Shown here piece after piece: positions 7,941 to 19,445 of a DNA stretch of 56,364 bases (the first letter of the stretch is position 1; each line of letters begins with the position of its first letter). The position numbers were made by a program, and so were the translations under genes. The notes beneath the pieces were generated by a model. The model was not told the DNA's origin. It saw only the letters and a list, made by a program, of their open reading frames with translations, and did no database searches. The DNA comes from Lawsonibacter sp. (GTDB lineage Bacteria > Bacillota > Clostridia > Oscillospirales > Oscillospiraceae): assembly GCA_045591745.1 (NCBI GenBank), contig JAZNTL010000120.1:1-56364 (forward strand), written 5' to 3'.

Positions 7941-10154
7941 TTAACTCCCCGCAATCAGCGCCAGCCGCGCCCGCAGGCCGGAATAGCGCCGGGTCTGGCG
8001 GTCGTTTTCCACCATGCGGGCCACCACGTTTTCGTCACCCACGACGATAAACAGCTCTCTGGCCCGAGTAATGGCAGTATACAGCACCCCACGGGTCAAC
8101 AGCATGGGCGCTCCGTCCACGGCGGCCAGAATGACCGCCCGGTACTCACTGCCCTGCGCCTTATGTACCGTCACGGCATAGGCGGGCTCCAGCTCTCCCA
8201 GCATATCCGGGCTGTACTCCACCTGCCGCCCATCAAAGTCCACGGTAATGGTCTCACCCTTGGGCGCTACGGCGATGATTCGGCCGATGTCGCCGTTGAA
8301 CACTCCCATGCCGGAGTTGCCGCTGTCCGGCTCCCGCCAGAGCACATCATAATTGTTTCTGACCTGCATCACCCGGTCGCCCAGACGGAAAATATACTCC
8401 CCAAAGCGCCGCTCTTCCTTGTCCTCCCGGGCGGGGTTCAAGGCATCCTGCAAGGCCCGGTTCAAGGCCGCAGTACCTGTGCCGCGCCGTCGTGTGGGAG
8501 ACAGCACCTGGATCTGGTCAGTGGGGATGCCCATGCGCTCCGGCAGTCGTCGGCGGCACAGGTCCACGATGGTGTCCGCCGCGGTCACAGGGTCCCGGCG
8601 ACTCAGGAAGAAGAAATCGTTGTCGTTGGCCCGCAGGTCGGGCATTTGACCCGCGTTGACCATGTGGGCGGTGCGCACGATGGCGCTCTGTGCCGCCTGA
8701 CGGAAAATTTGGGTCAGCCGCACCGTGGGTACTGCCCGGCTGCGGATCAGGTCGGCAAAGACACAGCCCGGCCCCACCGAGGGCAGCTGGTCCGGGTCGC
8801 CCACCAGCACCAGCCGGCAGTTCTCCCCCAGCGCGTCCAGCAATGCCGCCATCAGCGATACGTCCACCATGGATGCCTCGTCCACGATAACTGCGTCCGC
8901 CTGCAAAGGCTCATCCGCGTTTCTGCTGAACACCAGTCGTCCGCTGTACGGGTCAAAGCCCGTCTCCAGCAGGCGGTGGATGGTGGCCGCTTCCGTGCCG
9001 CACAGTTCGCCAAGCCGCTTGGCCGCCCGTCCGGTGGGGGCGGCAAGGGCGGTGTCCAGCCCCATACTGTCAAACAGGGCCAGCACACCCCGCAGAGTGG
9101 TGGTCTTACCGGTACCGGGACCACCGGTGAGCAGCATGACCTGACTTTGTGCCGCCAGCTCCACCGCCTCCACCTGCTGGGGGGCATAGGTCATCCCCTG
9201 CCGGCGCTGGATGTCTTTCAAAATGGTTTTTATGTTCTTTGGCACAGCGGGCCGCTGCTCACTCATGATGCTCAGCCGCTGAGCCACGTAGGTCTCGGCG
9301 GCATACAGGTCGTCAAGGTAAACTGCCGTCTCCCCCGCCACCTCGTCCTGCACCACTTCTCCCCGCTCCAGCAGTGCGTCCAGACAGCATTCCAGCTTGT
9401 CCTCACTGACCTCAGCCAGCTGCTCCGTGGCTCGCAGCAGCTTATTACGGGGCAGGAAGGTATGTCCGTTATTCAGGTTATAGGAAAGCTCGAACAGCAA
9501 GGCGGCCTCCAGCCGCAGAGGGTCATCCACCCCCACACCCAGCGCATCGGCCACACCGTCCGCAATGGCAAAGTCCACTCCCCACTCCTCACTCACCAGC
9601 AGGTAGGGATTAGACTTGATCACATCCAGAGCCACGTCCCCCCACTGGCGGTAGAGGGCCGCGCCCAGCTGAACGGGCAGGTCGTGCTTGGACAAAAACT
9701 CCAGCAGACGGCGCATGCCCATCTGCTGGCGGAATGCCTGACTCATTTCCTTGGCCCGCTTGAGGGAGATGCCCTTGATGACCGTCAGCTTCTCAGGTTC
9801 CTCCTCCAGAATGTTCAGAGCCTCCTCGCCGAACTCCTCCACCATGCGCCGGGCGGTGGACTGGCCGATGCCCTTGACCACGCCGGAGGCCAGATAGTGA
9901 AACACCTCTTTCACCCCCCGGGGCAGACGCCGCTCGATGCTCTCGGCCTTGAACTGCTCGCCGTAGGAGGGGTGCCGCACCCAATTGCCCCGGACGGACA
10001 GGGATTCACCGGGGGCCACACCGGGCATGCAACCCACCACGGTGACCTCCCCCTGTCCCGCCTCCAGCCGCAGGATGGTATAGCCGTTCTCCTCGTTTTG
10101 GAAGATGATGGAGGAGACAGTGCCCTCTATGAGATTTAAAGTCTGCTCTTCCAT
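7941..10154 (-). CDS. recD2: ATP-dependent RecD-like DNA helicase RecD2
   Basis: IFQNEENGYT N-terminus, TGGPGTGKTT, APTGRAAKR, IVDEASM, GDPDQLPSVGPG, YAVTVHKAQGSE. Confidence 0.95.
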   Translation of the reverse strand: MEEQTLNLIEGTVSSIIFQNEENGYTILRLEAGQGEVTVVGCMPGVAPGESLSVRGNWVRHPSYGEQFKAESIERRLPRGVKEVFHYLASGVVKGIGQSTARRMVEEFGEEALNILEEEPEKLTVIKGISLKRAKEMSQAFRQQMGMRRLLEFLSKHDLPVQLGAALYRQWGDVALDVIKSNPYLLVSEEWGVDFAIADGVADALGVGVDDPLRLEAALLFELSYNLNNGHTFLPRNKLLRATEQLAEVSEDKLECCLDALLERGEVVQDEVAGETAVYLDDLYAAETYVAQRLSIMSEQRPAVPKNIKTILKDIQRRQGMTYAPQQVEAVELAAQSQVMLLTGGPGTGKTTTLRGVLALFDSMGLDTALAAPTGRAAKRLGELCGTEAATIHRLLETGFDPYSGRLVFSRNADEPLQADAVIVDEASMVDVSLMAALLDALGENCRLVLVGDPDQLPSVGPGCVFADLIRSRAVPTVRLTQIFRQAAQSAIVRTAHMVNAGQMPDLRANDNDFFFLSRRDPVTAADTIVDLCRRRLPERMGIPTDQIQVLSPTRRRGTGTAALNRALQDALNPAREDKEERRFGEYIFRLGDRVMQVRNNYDVLWREPDSGNSGMGVFNGDIGRIIAVAPKGETITVDFDGRQVEYSPDMLGELEPAYAVTVHKAQGSEYRAVILAAVDGAPMLLTRGVLYTAITRARELFIVVGDENVVARMVENDRQTRRYSGLRARLALIAGS

Positions 10155-10169
10155 CTTCTCCCCTCCTTT

Positions 10170-10502
10170 TCATTCTTCCTTCAGCCGCCGTTCCAGTTCC
10201 TGCCGGGTACACAGGGTCAGGCCGGGATAGCGTCCGGCCAGCCGGACGGCCAGTGCCCGGCCGCCCTCGTCCAAACTGACATCCGCAAGAACCAGTCTGC
10301 CGCGCAGCAGACCACAGCTTTGCAGCCACACCAGACTGCGCACCCGCTGTTCCAGTCCCTCGCCTCCACCAAAGCCCCACACCACGGCCCACGTCCCTTG
10401 ATTGGTGCATGGGCGCAGGAGATAGCTGTAAAGCAGACAAGCTGTACAGCATATGCCTGTCAATGCAGACAGAGCCAGCGCTGTTGCCAATATGATACGC
10501 AC
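10170..10502 (-). CDS. Hypothetical membrane-anchored protein
   Basis: Co-oriented in the operon, GAGG RBS, N-terminal hydrophobic segment. Confidence 0.65.
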   Translation of the reverse strand: MRIILATALALSALTGICCTACLLYSYLLRPCTNQGTWAVVWGFGGGEGLEQRVRSLVWLQSCGLLRGRLVLADVSLDEGGRALAVRLAGRYPGLTLCTRQELERRLKEE

Positions 10503-10550
10503 GCCCTCACCTCCGGCTTATTCTATGAAAAGAGCCGAAAGGATGTGTTT

Positions 10551-11051
10551 TTACGCGATCACACTGGAAAACAGGTTGATACCCACATGGGTCAGAGCCA
10601 GCATAATGCACCCGGCGGTGATCACACCCAGAATCACAGCGGGCAGGGCCTTCTTCAACCGCATGTCCAAAAAGGCCGCCGCCAGTGAACCTGTCCACGC
10701 GCCTGTTCCGGGCAGGGGAATGGCCACGAACAGCCACAGGCCGATGTGCTGGTATTTCAATACGGTTGCCCCCTTGAGATGAGCCTTTTGTTCCAGCTTG
10801 TCCACCAGTCCGCCCAATCGGGGCATATAGTGCCGCATCAGCATAAAAATGCGCCGAATAAACACGATAATAAAGGGTGCAGGAAGCAGATTGCCGATCA
10901 CGCCGGCCAGAAATGCCAGATGATAGGGCAGGCCCAGCGCCACACCGAAGGGCAGGCCGCCGCGCAGCTCGATAATGGGGATCATGGACACCAGCATGGT
11001 GAATACAAATTGTCCCGCGGTGGTATCGGTCAGAAAATCAAACAGTTCCAT
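10551..11051 (-). CDS. Small multidrug export family membrane protein (COG2426)
   Basis: SMIPIIELRGGLP and FVAIPLPGTGAWTGSL motifs. Confidence 0.9.
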   Translation of the reverse strand: MELFDFLTDTTAGQFVFTMLVSMIPIIELRGGLPFGVALGLPYHLAFLAGVIGNLLPAPFIIVFIRRIFMLMRHYMPRLGGLVDKLEQKAHLKGATVLKYQHIGLWLFVAIPLPGTGAWTGSLAAAFLDMRLKKALPAVILGVITAGCIMLALTHVGINLFSSVIA

Positions 11052-11104
11052 ATCGTTCCTCCACGCTCTATTTTTCTGTGAAGTAATTCCACTTGCTTAT
11101 AAGC

Positions 11105-13930
11105 TCACTTCAACACTTTTGCAAGATATTGTCCTGTATAGGAGCCGGGACAGGCGGCCACTTCCTCCGGTGTGCCCACGCACACGATACTGCCGCCGCC
11201 GTCGCCGCCCTCGGGTCCAAGGTCGATGATGTGGTCGGCGGTTTTGATTACATCCAGATTATGCTCAATGACCACCACCGTGTTCCCCGTGTCCACCAAG
11301 CGCTGAAGTACCTGAATGAGCTTGTGCACGTCGGCGGTATGCAGGCCCGTGGTGGGCTCGTCCAGAATATAGATGGTCTGACCGGTGGAGCGCTTGGACA
11401 GCTCCGTGGCCAGCTTGACACGCTGGGCGTCACCGCGGGACAGAGTGGTGGATGCCTGACCCAGCTTTACATAGCCCAGTCCCACGTCTGCCAGTGTCTG
11501 GAGGCGATTATGAATGCGGGGCAGATTTTCGAAGAAGGGCAGTGCCTCGTCCACCGTCATCTCCAGCACTTCATAAATGCTCTTGCCCTTGTAACGCACT
11601 TCCAGCGTCTCCCGGTTATAGCGGCGGCCCTTACAGACCTCACAGGGGACGTAGATGTCGGGCAAAAAGTGCATTTCGATCTTCAAAAGACCGTCGCCCT
11701 GACATGCCTCGCACCGGCCGCCACGGGTGTTAAAGGAGAAGCGGCCCGGGCCATAGCCCCGGCTTTTGGCATCGGGGGTGGAGGCGAATAGGTCCCGAAT
11801 GTCATTGAACAGCCCGGTATAGGTGGCGGGATTGGACCGGGGAGTACGTCCGATGGGAGACTGGTCAATGTTGATGACCTTGTCCAGATACTCCTCACCT
11901 TCGATCCGCTCATGCTTGCCTGCCCGGGTCTTGGTCCGGTTCAGATCGGCGCCCAGCTTCTTATACAAGATCTCGTTGACCAGTGAGGACTTGCCGCTTC
12001 CGGACACACCGGTAACGCAGGTAAAGGTCTCCAGCGGAAATTCCACGTCCACACCCCGCAGGTTGTTCTCTGCCGCCCCGATTACCCGCAGGAATTTACC
12101 ATTTCCGGTCCGTCGCTTGACAGGCACAGGGATCTTTTTGCGGCCGGAAAGATACTCTCCGGTGATGGAATTGGAGTCGGCCATGATCTGCTCGGGTGTG
12201 CCCGCCGCCACGATATAGCCGCCGTGGATGCCCGCACCGGGGCCCACGTCCACGATATAGTCCGCAGCCCTCATGGTATCCTCATCATGCTCCACTACCA
12301 AAAGGGTATTGCCCAGATCACGCAGGTGCTTCAGGGTATCCAGCAGTTTGTCATTGTCTCGCTGATGCAGGCCGATGGACGGCTCGTCCAGAATATAGAG
12401 CACCCCCATCAGAGAAGAACCGATCTGGGTGGCCAGACGAATGCGCTGGCTTTCGCCGCCGGACAGAGAGGCCGCCCCTCGGGACAGGGTCAGATACTGC
12501 AGACCCACACTGCTCAGAAAGCCCAGCCGGGCTTTGATTTCTTTCAGGATGCGTTCGGCAATGAGCATCTGACTGTCAGACAGCTTCAGCCCGTCCACAA
12601 AGCTCAGCGCGTCGGTGACCGACTTATCGCAAAAGCGGTCAATGGGCAATTCGCCCACCGTCACCGCCAGCGACTCCCGCCGCAGGCGGCGGCCCTGACA
12701 GTCGGGGCAGGGTGACTGGGACATACACTCCTCCAGTTCCCGCTTCACCGCGTCGGACTGGGTCTCCCGGTAGCGGCGCTCCAGATTGTTGCAAATGCCC
12801 TCGAAAGCCTGATAGAGGGTCCCCTGACCCCGGGGCTGGTCATAGAACAGCTGAAGCTTTTCCCCGTTGGTGCCGTACAAAATCACGTCAATGACCTCTT
12901 GAGACAGGTCCTTGACCGGGGTGTTCAACTTGAATTTATACCGTTTGGCCAGCGCGTCAAAGTACATGCGGCAGATGCCGTCCGACTTGATGGAATTCCA
13001 GCCGGAGGCGGTGATGGCTCCCTCCAGAATGGACAGGTTTTTATTGGGGATGATCAGCTCGGGGTCCACCTTCAGCTGTGCGCCCAGACCGGTACAGGTG
13101 GGGCAGGCACCGAAGGGGTTGTTAAAGGAGAACATGCGGGGGGTAAGCTCTTCAATGGATACCCCGCAGTCCTCACAGGCATAGTTCTGGGAAAACAGGA
13201 TGTCCCTGTCCTCCCCCACGATGTTGATCAGCACAAGGCCGCCGGACAGGTTGGAGGCCACCTCCACACTGTCGGTGAGCCGCCGGGAAATATCCTCCCG
13301 AATGACCAGACGGTCCACCACCACCTCGATGTGGTGCTTTTTGTTCTTATCCAGCGCGATCTCTTCGGACAGGTCGTACAAAGAGCCGTCCACCCGCACG
13401 CGGACATAGCCGGACTTGCGGGCATCTTCAAAAATCTTCTGATGCTCACCCTTCTTGCCCCGGATGACAGGGGCCATGACTTGAATGCGGGTGGCCTCGG
13501 GCAGGGTCATGACCTGATCTATGATCTGGTCGATGGTCTGCTGTTTGATCTCCTTGCCGCACTGAGGACAGTGGGGAGTGCCCACCCGAGCCCACAAAAG
13601 ACGCAGATAGTCGTAGATCTCCGTCACCGTACCCACGGTGGACCGGGGGTTCTTGCTGGTGGTCTTCTGGTCGATGGAGATGGCAGGACTCAGACCGTCG
13701 ATATAGTCCACATCCGGCTTCTCCATCTGGCCCAAAAACATCCGGGCATAGGAGGACAGCGACTCCACATAGCGGCGCTGACCCTCGGCATAGATGGTGT
13801 CAAAGGCCAGAGAGGACTTGCCCGAGCCGGACAGTCCTGTGAGCACCACCAGCTTGTCGCGCGGGATCTCTACGTCGATATTTTTTAAGTTGTTCTCTCG
13901 CGCGCCCTTGATATAAATTTTGTCCTGCAT
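11105..13930 (-). CDS. uvrA: Excinuclease ABC subunit A
   Basis: [40 protein letters not shown], a second Walker [10 protein letters not shown], and zinc fingers. Start at MQDKIYIKG. Confidence 0.98.
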   Translation of the reverse strand: MQDKIYIKGARENNLKNIDVEIPRDKLVVLTGLSGSGKSSLAFDTIYAEGQRRYVESLSSYARMFLGQMEKPDVDYIDGLSPAISIDQKTTSKNPRSTVGTVTEIYDYLRLLWARVGTPHCPQCGKEIKQQTIDQIIDQVMTLPEATRIQVMAPVIRGKKGEHQKIFEDARKSGYVRVRVDGSLYDLSEEIALDKNKKHHIEVVVDRLVIREDISRRLTDSVEVASNLSGGLVLINIVGEDRDILFSQNYACEDCGVSIEELTPRMFSFNNPFGACPTCTGLGAQLKVDPELIIPNKNLSILEGAITASGWNSIKSDGICRMYFDALAKRYKFKLNTPVKDLSQEVIDVILYGTNGEKLQLFYDQPRGQGTLYQAFEGICNNLERRYRETQSDAVKRELEECMSQSPCPDCQGRRLRRESLAVTVGELPIDRFCDKSVTDALSFVDGLKLSDSQMLIAERILKEIKARLGFLSSVGLQYLTLSRGAASLSGGESQRIRLATQIGSSLMGVLYILDEPSIGLHQRDNDKLLDTLKHLRDLGNTLLVVEHDEDTMRAADYIVDVGPGAGIHGGYIVAAGTPEQIMADSNSITGEYLSGRKKIPVPVKRRTGNGKFLRVIGAAENNLRGVDVEFPLETFTCVTGVSGSGKSSLVNEILYKKLGADLNRTKTRAGKHERIEGEEYLDKVINIDQSPIGRTPRSNPATYTGLFNDIRDLFASTPDAKSRGYGPGRFSFNTRGGRCEACQGDGLLKIEMHFLPDIYVPCEVCKGRRYNRETLEVRYKGKSIYEVLEMTVDEALPFFENLPRIHNRLQTLADVGLGYVKLGQASTTLSRGDAQRVKLATELSKRSTGQTIYILDEPTTGLHTADVHKLIQVLQRLVDTGNTVVVIEHNLDVIKTADHIIDLGPEGGDGGGSIVCVGTPEEVAACPGSYTGQYLAKVLK

Positions 13931-13952
13931 GAGAGTTCTCCTTTTCAGCCGC

Positions 13953-14369
13953 TTACTCCAAATCAAAGGCATCCAGACAGGTTTGAATTGCCTTTTCCGC
14001 TGTGTGCTGCTTAATAATGCCTTCCTTTGCCCAAGCGGTGATTTCCATGTGCGCGTCACCGAAAGACAATTCAACAACAGCAGGATTCATGCTCCACACA
14101 CCGCTTCCAACAATGCAGATCATGTAGTTTTCCTCATTATGCACCTGAGCCGCCACTACCTCCTGCATTTTTTCCCACGCACAGAAGTAAAGGTTTTCTT
14201 GTGTTTCGATATTTGTGCACAATTTCACCGTTTTACTTTTGATATAACTACGCATAGACATCTTATGGGTAAATTTCCCCCGGTACATCCACGATACTTC
14301 TCCCAGAACAAGCATTTCGGCACTGAACGCTTCTGCAAGCAACTGTTCTGCTTCTTCTTGTCTCAGCAC
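13953..14369 (-). CDS. Hypothetical protein
   Basis: Co-oriented ORF filling the gap between ybaK and uvrA; more AT-rich than its neighbours. Confidence 0.55.
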   Translation of the reverse strand: MLRQEEAEQLLAEAFSAEMLVLGEVSWMYRGKFTHKMSMRSYIKSKTVKLCTNIETQENLYFCAWEKMQEVVAAQVHNEENYMICIVGSGVWSMNPAVVELSFGDAHMEITAWAKEGIIKQHTAEKAIQTCLDAFDLE

Positions 14370-14371
14370 AA

Positions 14372-14866
14372 TTATCCCTCCACCGTAATATCCGCCATCT
14401 GTCCATCCACCAGCGCCATCAGTTCATCCGGTGCCAGCTCCACCTGATAGCCGATCTTTCCCGCAGACACCATAATGGTGTCCACAATCTCAGCCGTTTC
14501 GTGGAAGGTGGTGGTATAGTCCTTTTTCATGCCCACCGGGGAGCATCCGCCCCGGACGTAGCCGGTCAGGGCATTGATCTCCTTGACCGCCACCATCTCA
14601 ACGGCCTTCTCCCCTACGGCCCGGGCGGCTTTTTTCAAATCAAGGCTGTCTGCCACGGGGATAACGAACACATAAATATTCTTGGATGCCCCTCGGGCCA
14701 CCAGCGTCTTGAACACGCACTCCGGGTCCTGACCCAAACTCTGGGCCACGGTAACACCGTCCACCGCCACTCCCTCTTCATGCTCATAGGTGTGAGCGGT
14801 ATAGGCGATCCCCTTTTGCTCCAGTATGCGCATGACGTTGGTTTTTTCTTCTTTTTGCTTTGCCAT
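14372..14866 (-). CDS. ybaK: Cys-tRNA(Pro) deacylase
   Basis: KTNVMRIL, VFKTLV, TGYVRGGCSPVGMKK, VSAGKIG. Confidence 0.93.
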   Translation of the reverse strand: MAKQKEEKTNVMRILEQKGIAYTAHTYEHEEGVAVDGVTVAQSLGQDPECVFKTLVARGASKNIYVFVIPVADSLDLKKAARAVGEKAVEMVAVKEINALTGYVRGGCSPVGMKKDYTTTFHETAEIVDTIMVSAGKIGYQVELAPDELMALVDGQMADITVEG

Positions 14867-14878
14867 GCTCTCACCTCG

Positions 14879-15631
14879 TTACAGGCTGATTCCCGCCATT
14901 GCCAGCAGAGCAAGGATCAGCATGTGCGCCGGGTAGAATACATAGCCGAAATACTGCCACTTCTTCCCTCCCGGGCCGCGCTGCCCGTTATACAACCATA
15001 TGGGGATCAGTGCCAGCAGAGCAAAGGCCTGCTGAGGCACCCAGATTTCCCTGCCCCACAGGTTCAGCACATAGCTCATGCCGCCCATCAGTTCCAGATT
15101 GAAGCAGCCAAGGGCCACCAATTCCAACAGCCAGCCGAAGCGCACCTTTCCGGCCAGCCAGAACACCAGCACGGTCAGCACCCCACAGCCGTAGTAATCC
15201 ACAAAGGTGAGAAAGCCCAGCCCATAGCCAAGGCAGGCGGCAAACACAGTCACCAACATACCCTGCCACCAGCTGCGCTGCCATACCTTGTCCACCTGCC
15301 GCAGCAGCAAAAGGGCAATACAGAACGTAAACATCACGTTCTGGTGGAAGGGATTGATCAGCCCTCCCCCGGTCATCAGGTTAAAGGGTACCTCACTGAC
15401 TAACGCAAACAGGAACATCCGCTTGAGATAGCGTTTGAAGTCCCGGGTGTGGTTGTACCCCTCCGCAACAAGGAACGCAAACAGAGGAAATGCCACCCGG
15501 CCCGCACAGGTCATCCATTGGTGCTCAAAGGCAATGGTCCAGCAGGTATGATCCAGAAACATCAGCACCATGGCCAGCGCTTTCAGGGCCGTGCCATTCA
15601 GACACTTCATATTGGAGCGTACTGTGGTCAT
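14879..15631 (-). CDS. TraX family membrane protein
   Basis: LKALAMVLMFLDH, GRVAFPLFAFLVAEG, QNVMFT, YNGQRG, FYPAH. Confidence 0.88.
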   Translation of the reverse strand: MTTVRSNMKCLNGTALKALAMVLMFLDHTCWTIAFEHQWMTCAGRVAFPLFAFLVAEGYNHTRDFKRYLKRMFLFALVSEVPFNLMTGGGLINPFHQNVMFTFCIALLLLRQVDKVWQRSWWQGMLVTVFAACLGYGLGFLTFVDYYGCGVLTVLVFWLAGKVRFGWLLELVALGCFNLELMGGMSYVLNLWGREIWVPQQAFALLALIPIWLYNGQRGPGGKKWQYFGYVFYPAHMLILALLAMAGISL

Positions 15632-15653
15632 AGTGGCTCTCCTCTCTTTTTCG

Positions 15654-17624
15654 TCACTTCTCCCCCCGCAGGCGGATGATCTGATCACGCAGGTTGGCGG
15701 CCAGCTCGAACTCCAACATCTTTGCCGCCTCTTTCATGGCCTTTTCCAGTCGGGCGATCTCCACGGCCCGCTCCTGCTTGGTCATGGCCTTGCCTGTGCC
15801 CCGGCGCTGTTCGGACTCCTCCGACACACCGGACACCTCCAGCAGTTCCCGCACGGACTTGATGACGGTCTTGGGCACGATGCCGTTGGCCTTGTTGAAG
15901 GCATCCTGCTTCTCTCTTCGGCGGGCGGTCTCGTCCATGGCCTTGCGCATGGACGGGGTAATGGTGTCGGCATACATGATGACCTTGCCTTCCGCGTTGC
16001 GGGCGGCACGACCGATGGTCTGGATCAGTGAGGTCTCACTGCGCAGAAAGCCTTCCTTGTCCGCGTCCAGAATGGCCACAAGGGACACTTCGGGCAGGTC
16101 CAGGCCTTCGCGCAACAGGTTGATGCCCACCAGTACGTCAAAGTTGCCCAGGCGCAGGTCACGGATGATCTCCATGCGCTCAATGGTGTCGATGGCATGG
16201 TGCATATAGCGCACCCGGATGCCGGTATTTTGCAGATAAGCCGTCAGGTCCTCCGCCATCTTCTTGGTCAGGGTGGTAACCAGCACACGCTCTTTTCGGG
16301 CGGTACGCTGGTTGATCTGGTCGATCAGATCGTCGATCTGGCCCTCCACCGGGCGCACCTCCACCTCCGGGTCCAGAAGACCGGTGGGGCGAATGACCTG
16401 CTCCACGATCTGTCCGGAGCGGGTGCGTTCATATTCGCCGGGTGTGGCAGAGACATAGACGATCTGGTGCACCCGGTCCTCAAACTCGTCAAATTTCAAG
16501 GGCCGATTGTCAAAGGCACAGGGCAGGCGGAACCCATACTCCACCAGACTGTTTTTGCGGGCCCGGTCACCATTATACATGGCCCGGACCTGAGGCAGAG
16601 TCACGTGGCTCTCGTCAATAAACAGCACGAAATCCTCCGGGAAATAGTCCAGCAGGGTGTGGGGCGGCGAGCCAACGGGCCGCCCCTCAATGACCCGAGA
16701 ATAGTTCTCGATGCCGGAGCAATAGCCCAGCTCCTGCATCATCTCCACATCGTACATGGTGCGCTGCTTCAGCCGCTGAGCCTCCACCAGCTTGCCGTTG
16801 GCCTCGAAAAAGGCCACCTGTTCCTCCAATTCCTTGTAGATCTGCTGGACGGCGGCATCCATTTTCTCCTTGGGGGTAACGTAGTGGGTGGCGGGCCAGA
16901 CGGGAACGTTGATGAGCCTGCGGACAGGGGCGCCGGTGACCACATTTACCTCGCTGATGCGGTCGATCTCGTCTCCGAAAAACTCAATGCGCAGGGCGGT
17001 ATCCTTCCAGTAGGCGGGCCAGATCTCCACCGTATCTCCCCGCACCCGGAACATATTTCGCTCCCACGCAATGTCGTTGCGCTCATAGCGAATGTCCACC
17101 AGCTTTTTCAGCAGATCCTCGATCCTGATCTGCATACCCACACGCAGGGATACCATCATTTTGGCAAAATCCGCCGGCTCACCCAAGCCGTAGATGCAGG
17201 ACACGGAGGACACCACGATCACGTCTCGCCGCTCCATGAGCGACGCGGTAGCAGAAATGCGCAGACGGTCGATCTCGTCATTGACAGAGGAGTCTTTTTC
17301 GATGAACGTATCCGTATGAGGGATATATGCCTCAGGCTGGTAGTAGTCGTAATAGGACACAAAATACTCCACCGCGTTGTCGGGGAAGAACTCCCGGAAC
17401 TCCGCCCACAGCTGGGCGGCCAGCGTCTTGTTGTGGGCCAGCACCAGCGTGGGCCGCTGAATTTTCTCAATAATTTTGGCCATGGTAAAGGTCTTGCCCG
17501 AACCGGTCACGCCCAAAAGGGTCTGCTCGTCCAAGCCCATCTCAATGCCCTGCGCCAGCGCGTCAATGGCTTGCGGCTGGTCGCCTGCAGGCTGATAATC
17601 GGACACCACTTTAAATTCCGGCAT
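15654..17624 (-). CDS. uvrB: Excinuclease ABC subunit B
   Basis: [42 protein letters not shown] and a C-terminal UVR domain. Confidence 0.98.
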   Translation of the reverse strand: MPEFKVVSDYQPAGDQPQAIDALAQGIEMGLDEQTLLGVTGSGKTFTMAKIIEKIQRPTLVLAHNKTLAAQLWAEFREFFPDNAVEYFVSYYDYYQPEAYIPHTDTFIEKDSSVNDEIDRLRISATASLMERRDVIVVSSVSCIYGLGEPADFAKMMVSLRVGMQIRIEDLLKKLVDIRYERNDIAWERNMFRVRGDTVEIWPAYWKDTALRIEFFGDEIDRISEVNVVTGAPVRRLINVPVWPATHYVTPKEKMDAAVQQIYKELEEQVAFFEANGKLVEAQRLKQRTMYDVEMMQELGYCSGIENYSRVIEGRPVGSPPHTLLDYFPEDFVLFIDESHVTLPQVRAMYNGDRARKNSLVEYGFRLPCAFDNRPLKFDEFEDRVHQIVYVSATPGEYERTRSGQIVEQVIRPTGLLDPEVEVRPVEGQIDDLIDQINQRTARKERVLVTTLTKKMAEDLTAYLQNTGIRVRYMHHAIDTIERMEIIRDLRLGNFDVLVGINLLREGLDLPEVSLVAILDADKEGFLRSETSLIQTIGRAARNAEGKVIMYADTITPSMRKAMDETARRREKQDAFNKANGIVPKTVIKSVRELLEVSGVSEESEQRRGTGKAMTKQERAVEIARLEKAMKEAAKMLEFELAANLRDQIIRLRGEK

Positions 17625-17664
17625 GGTTTTCCCCCCTTCCTATGGAGTATACCCCATTATATCA

Positions 17665-17676
17665 GAACGTTTGTTC
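17665..17676. promoter_or_regulatory. LexA (SOS/Cheo) box
   Basis: GAACgtttGTTC matches the Bacillota GAAC-N4-GTTC consensus. It lies 41 bp upstream of uvrB, next to a TATAAT on the minus strand. Confidence 0.85.
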
Positions 17677-17760
17677 GATATCAAGAACAAATTAATATTT
17701 AGTATGTCGTCACTCTTCTATATTCCATATTAAGCCTCGCCTGCTCACAACGGCTCAGAC

Positions 17761-18447
17761 TCAAAAAATCATACTGTCCTTCATGGACACCATATCGTCG
17801 TCGCAAAAGACCACGTGGTCCAAAAGCTCGATTCCGATCGGTTCCAGCACTTGCTTGAGATAGCGGGTGGTGGCACAGTCCTCCTGAGACGGGATGGCGA
17901 TGCCGCTGACGTGGTTATGGGCCAGAATGACGGCGCTGGCGCGCAGGCTCACCGCCTCCTCCGCAATGCGGCGGCTGGTCACCTCTGCGGCATTGATACT
18001 GCCTTCGGTGATTTTGCGCACACCCAGCACCTTGCGCTTGCCGTCCAAACAGACAAGATACACCATCTCGTTGCGAGCGCCGAAGAAATAGGGTTCCAAC
18101 ACCTCACGCACCCGAGCCGAGCAGTCCACAATGTGTCCCACAGCACTGCGGCTTGCTACGTAGCGGCCGCACAGCGCCGGGATCATACGCAGAAGCACAG
18201 CGGTATGCTTCCCTACTCCGGGCACGGTGCACAGGTCCTCCGCCGACGCGTCCAGCACTCCGGCAAGGGACCCGAACCGTTCTATCAGCCGATGGGCCAG
18301 TTCATTGGTGTCCTCCTGGGGGATGGCATAAAAGAGCAACAGCTCAAGCACACGATGCTCGGCAAAAGAATCGAGACCGCGCCGGAGAAATTCCTCTTTG
18401 ACCCGACTGCGGTGTCCGGCATGCAGGTTTCCTTCTTTCTTCGGCAT
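17761..18447 (-). CDS. radC: RadC / JAB domain protein
   Basis: HAGHRSR, ELLLFYAIP, an HhH motif VPGVG, LAHNHVSG..PSQED, LLDHVV. Confidence 0.92.
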   Translation of the reverse strand: MPKKEGNLHAGHRSRVKEEFLRRGLDSFAEHRVLELLLFYAIPQEDTNELAHRLIERFGSLAGVLDASAEDLCTVPGVGKHTAVLLRMIPALCGRYVASRSAVGHIVDCSARVREVLEPYFFGARNEMVYLVCLDGKRKVLGVRKITEGSINAAEVTSRRIAEEAVSLRASAVILAHNHVSGIAIPSQEDCATTRYLKQVLEPIGIELLDHVVFCDDDMVSMKDSMIF

Positions 18448-18632
18448 GGTCTCACATTCTTTCTGTCTGTATTTGTCAGGCTCTGGGTCCGTACTCCGCC
18501 AGATAGGCCTCCATCCAAAATGCGGGATTTTTCTGCGGAAAAATCTTGTGCTTCGCACGCCGCATTTTCAGGTGGGAACCAGTTCCCCCCTGATGCCCCC
18601 CTCCGCTCTCCGAGGGGACGGGGTTTTTAAAA

Positions 18633-19310
18633 TCAAACCTTCGGTCCGTACTCCTTCAGGTAAGCCTCCATCTTCGCCTTCATCTCGTCGTCAATATAGA
18701 CCTTTCCATCCACGGGGCGGTTGTGGAGATAGGCAATGATGTCACGCACGGTGACGATGGGATAGACCTGAATGCCGTACTCCCGGCGCAGTTCGTCCAG
18801 TGTGGTGCAGTCGCCGGTGCCACGCTCCATACGGTCCACGCTGACAAACAGAGCCTTCAGATTGACCTTGGCCACATGCTTGAACAACTCAATGGTCTCG
18901 CGCACAGCAGTACCGGCAGTGACCACGTCTTCCACGATGGCGATGTCGTCCCCATCCTGAGGCTTGTAGCCCACCATGGAGCCGCCCTCACCGTGGTCCT
19001 TGACCTCCTTGCGGTTGAAGCAGTAGGGCAGGTCTCTGTCATAGTTGCGGTACAGGGATGCGGCGGCGGTCACCGCCAGAGGGATTCCCTTGTAGGCAGG
19101 GCCAAACAGAGCAGTGATGCCTTCGGGCAGATTTTCCTGAATGCAGGCGGCATAGTAGTCGCCCAGCCGGGCGGCCTGCGCGCCGGTCTTGTAGTTGCCG
19201 GTGTTGATGAAATAGGGGGTCTTGCGTCCGCTCTTGGTGGTGAAATCACCAAAAGTCAGCACACCGGAGCGCACCATAAAGGTGATAAATTCTTCCTGAT
19301 ACTTCGTCAT
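18633..19310 (-). CDS. pyrE: Orotate phosphoribosyltransferase
   Basis: FGDFTTKSGR, FGPAYKGIP, NRKEVKDHGEGG, IVEDVVTAGT. Confidence 0.96.
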   Translation of the reverse strand: MTKYQEEFITFMVRSGVLTFGDFTTKSGRKTPYFINTGNYKTGAQAARLGDYYAACIQENLPEGITALFGPAYKGIPLAVTAAASLYRNYDRDLPYCFNRKEVKDHGEGGSMVGYKPQDGDDIAIVEDVVTAGTAVRETIELFKHVAKVNLKALFVSVDRMERGTGDCTTLDELRREYGIQVYPIVTVRDIIAYLHNRPVDGKVYIDDEMKAKMEAYLKEYGPKV

Positions 19311-19445
19311 AAAAACAGCCTTCTTTCCTTGTTTTGGGGTGGGCATCCCGCACCCTGAAAAATGTCGCAAATATTATATCATTTTCACACAGTGGTTACA
19401 AGGAAATACGTCATTTTTGTTTTTGATTTGCTGTCACGGGGCATA

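Noticed and set aside
7752-10139. Long plus-strand ORFs (also 5271-6587, 16197-17702, 24521-26113, 31336-33024, 35602-37194, 37500-38990, 47677-49923)
   Set aside because: Antisense shadows of well-supported GC-rich genes, with no motifs of their own.
14879-18447. TraX and RadC as signs of a conjugative element
   Set aside because: Both lie among core uvr genes with host-like composition, and there is no relaxase, T4SS or integrase nearby.
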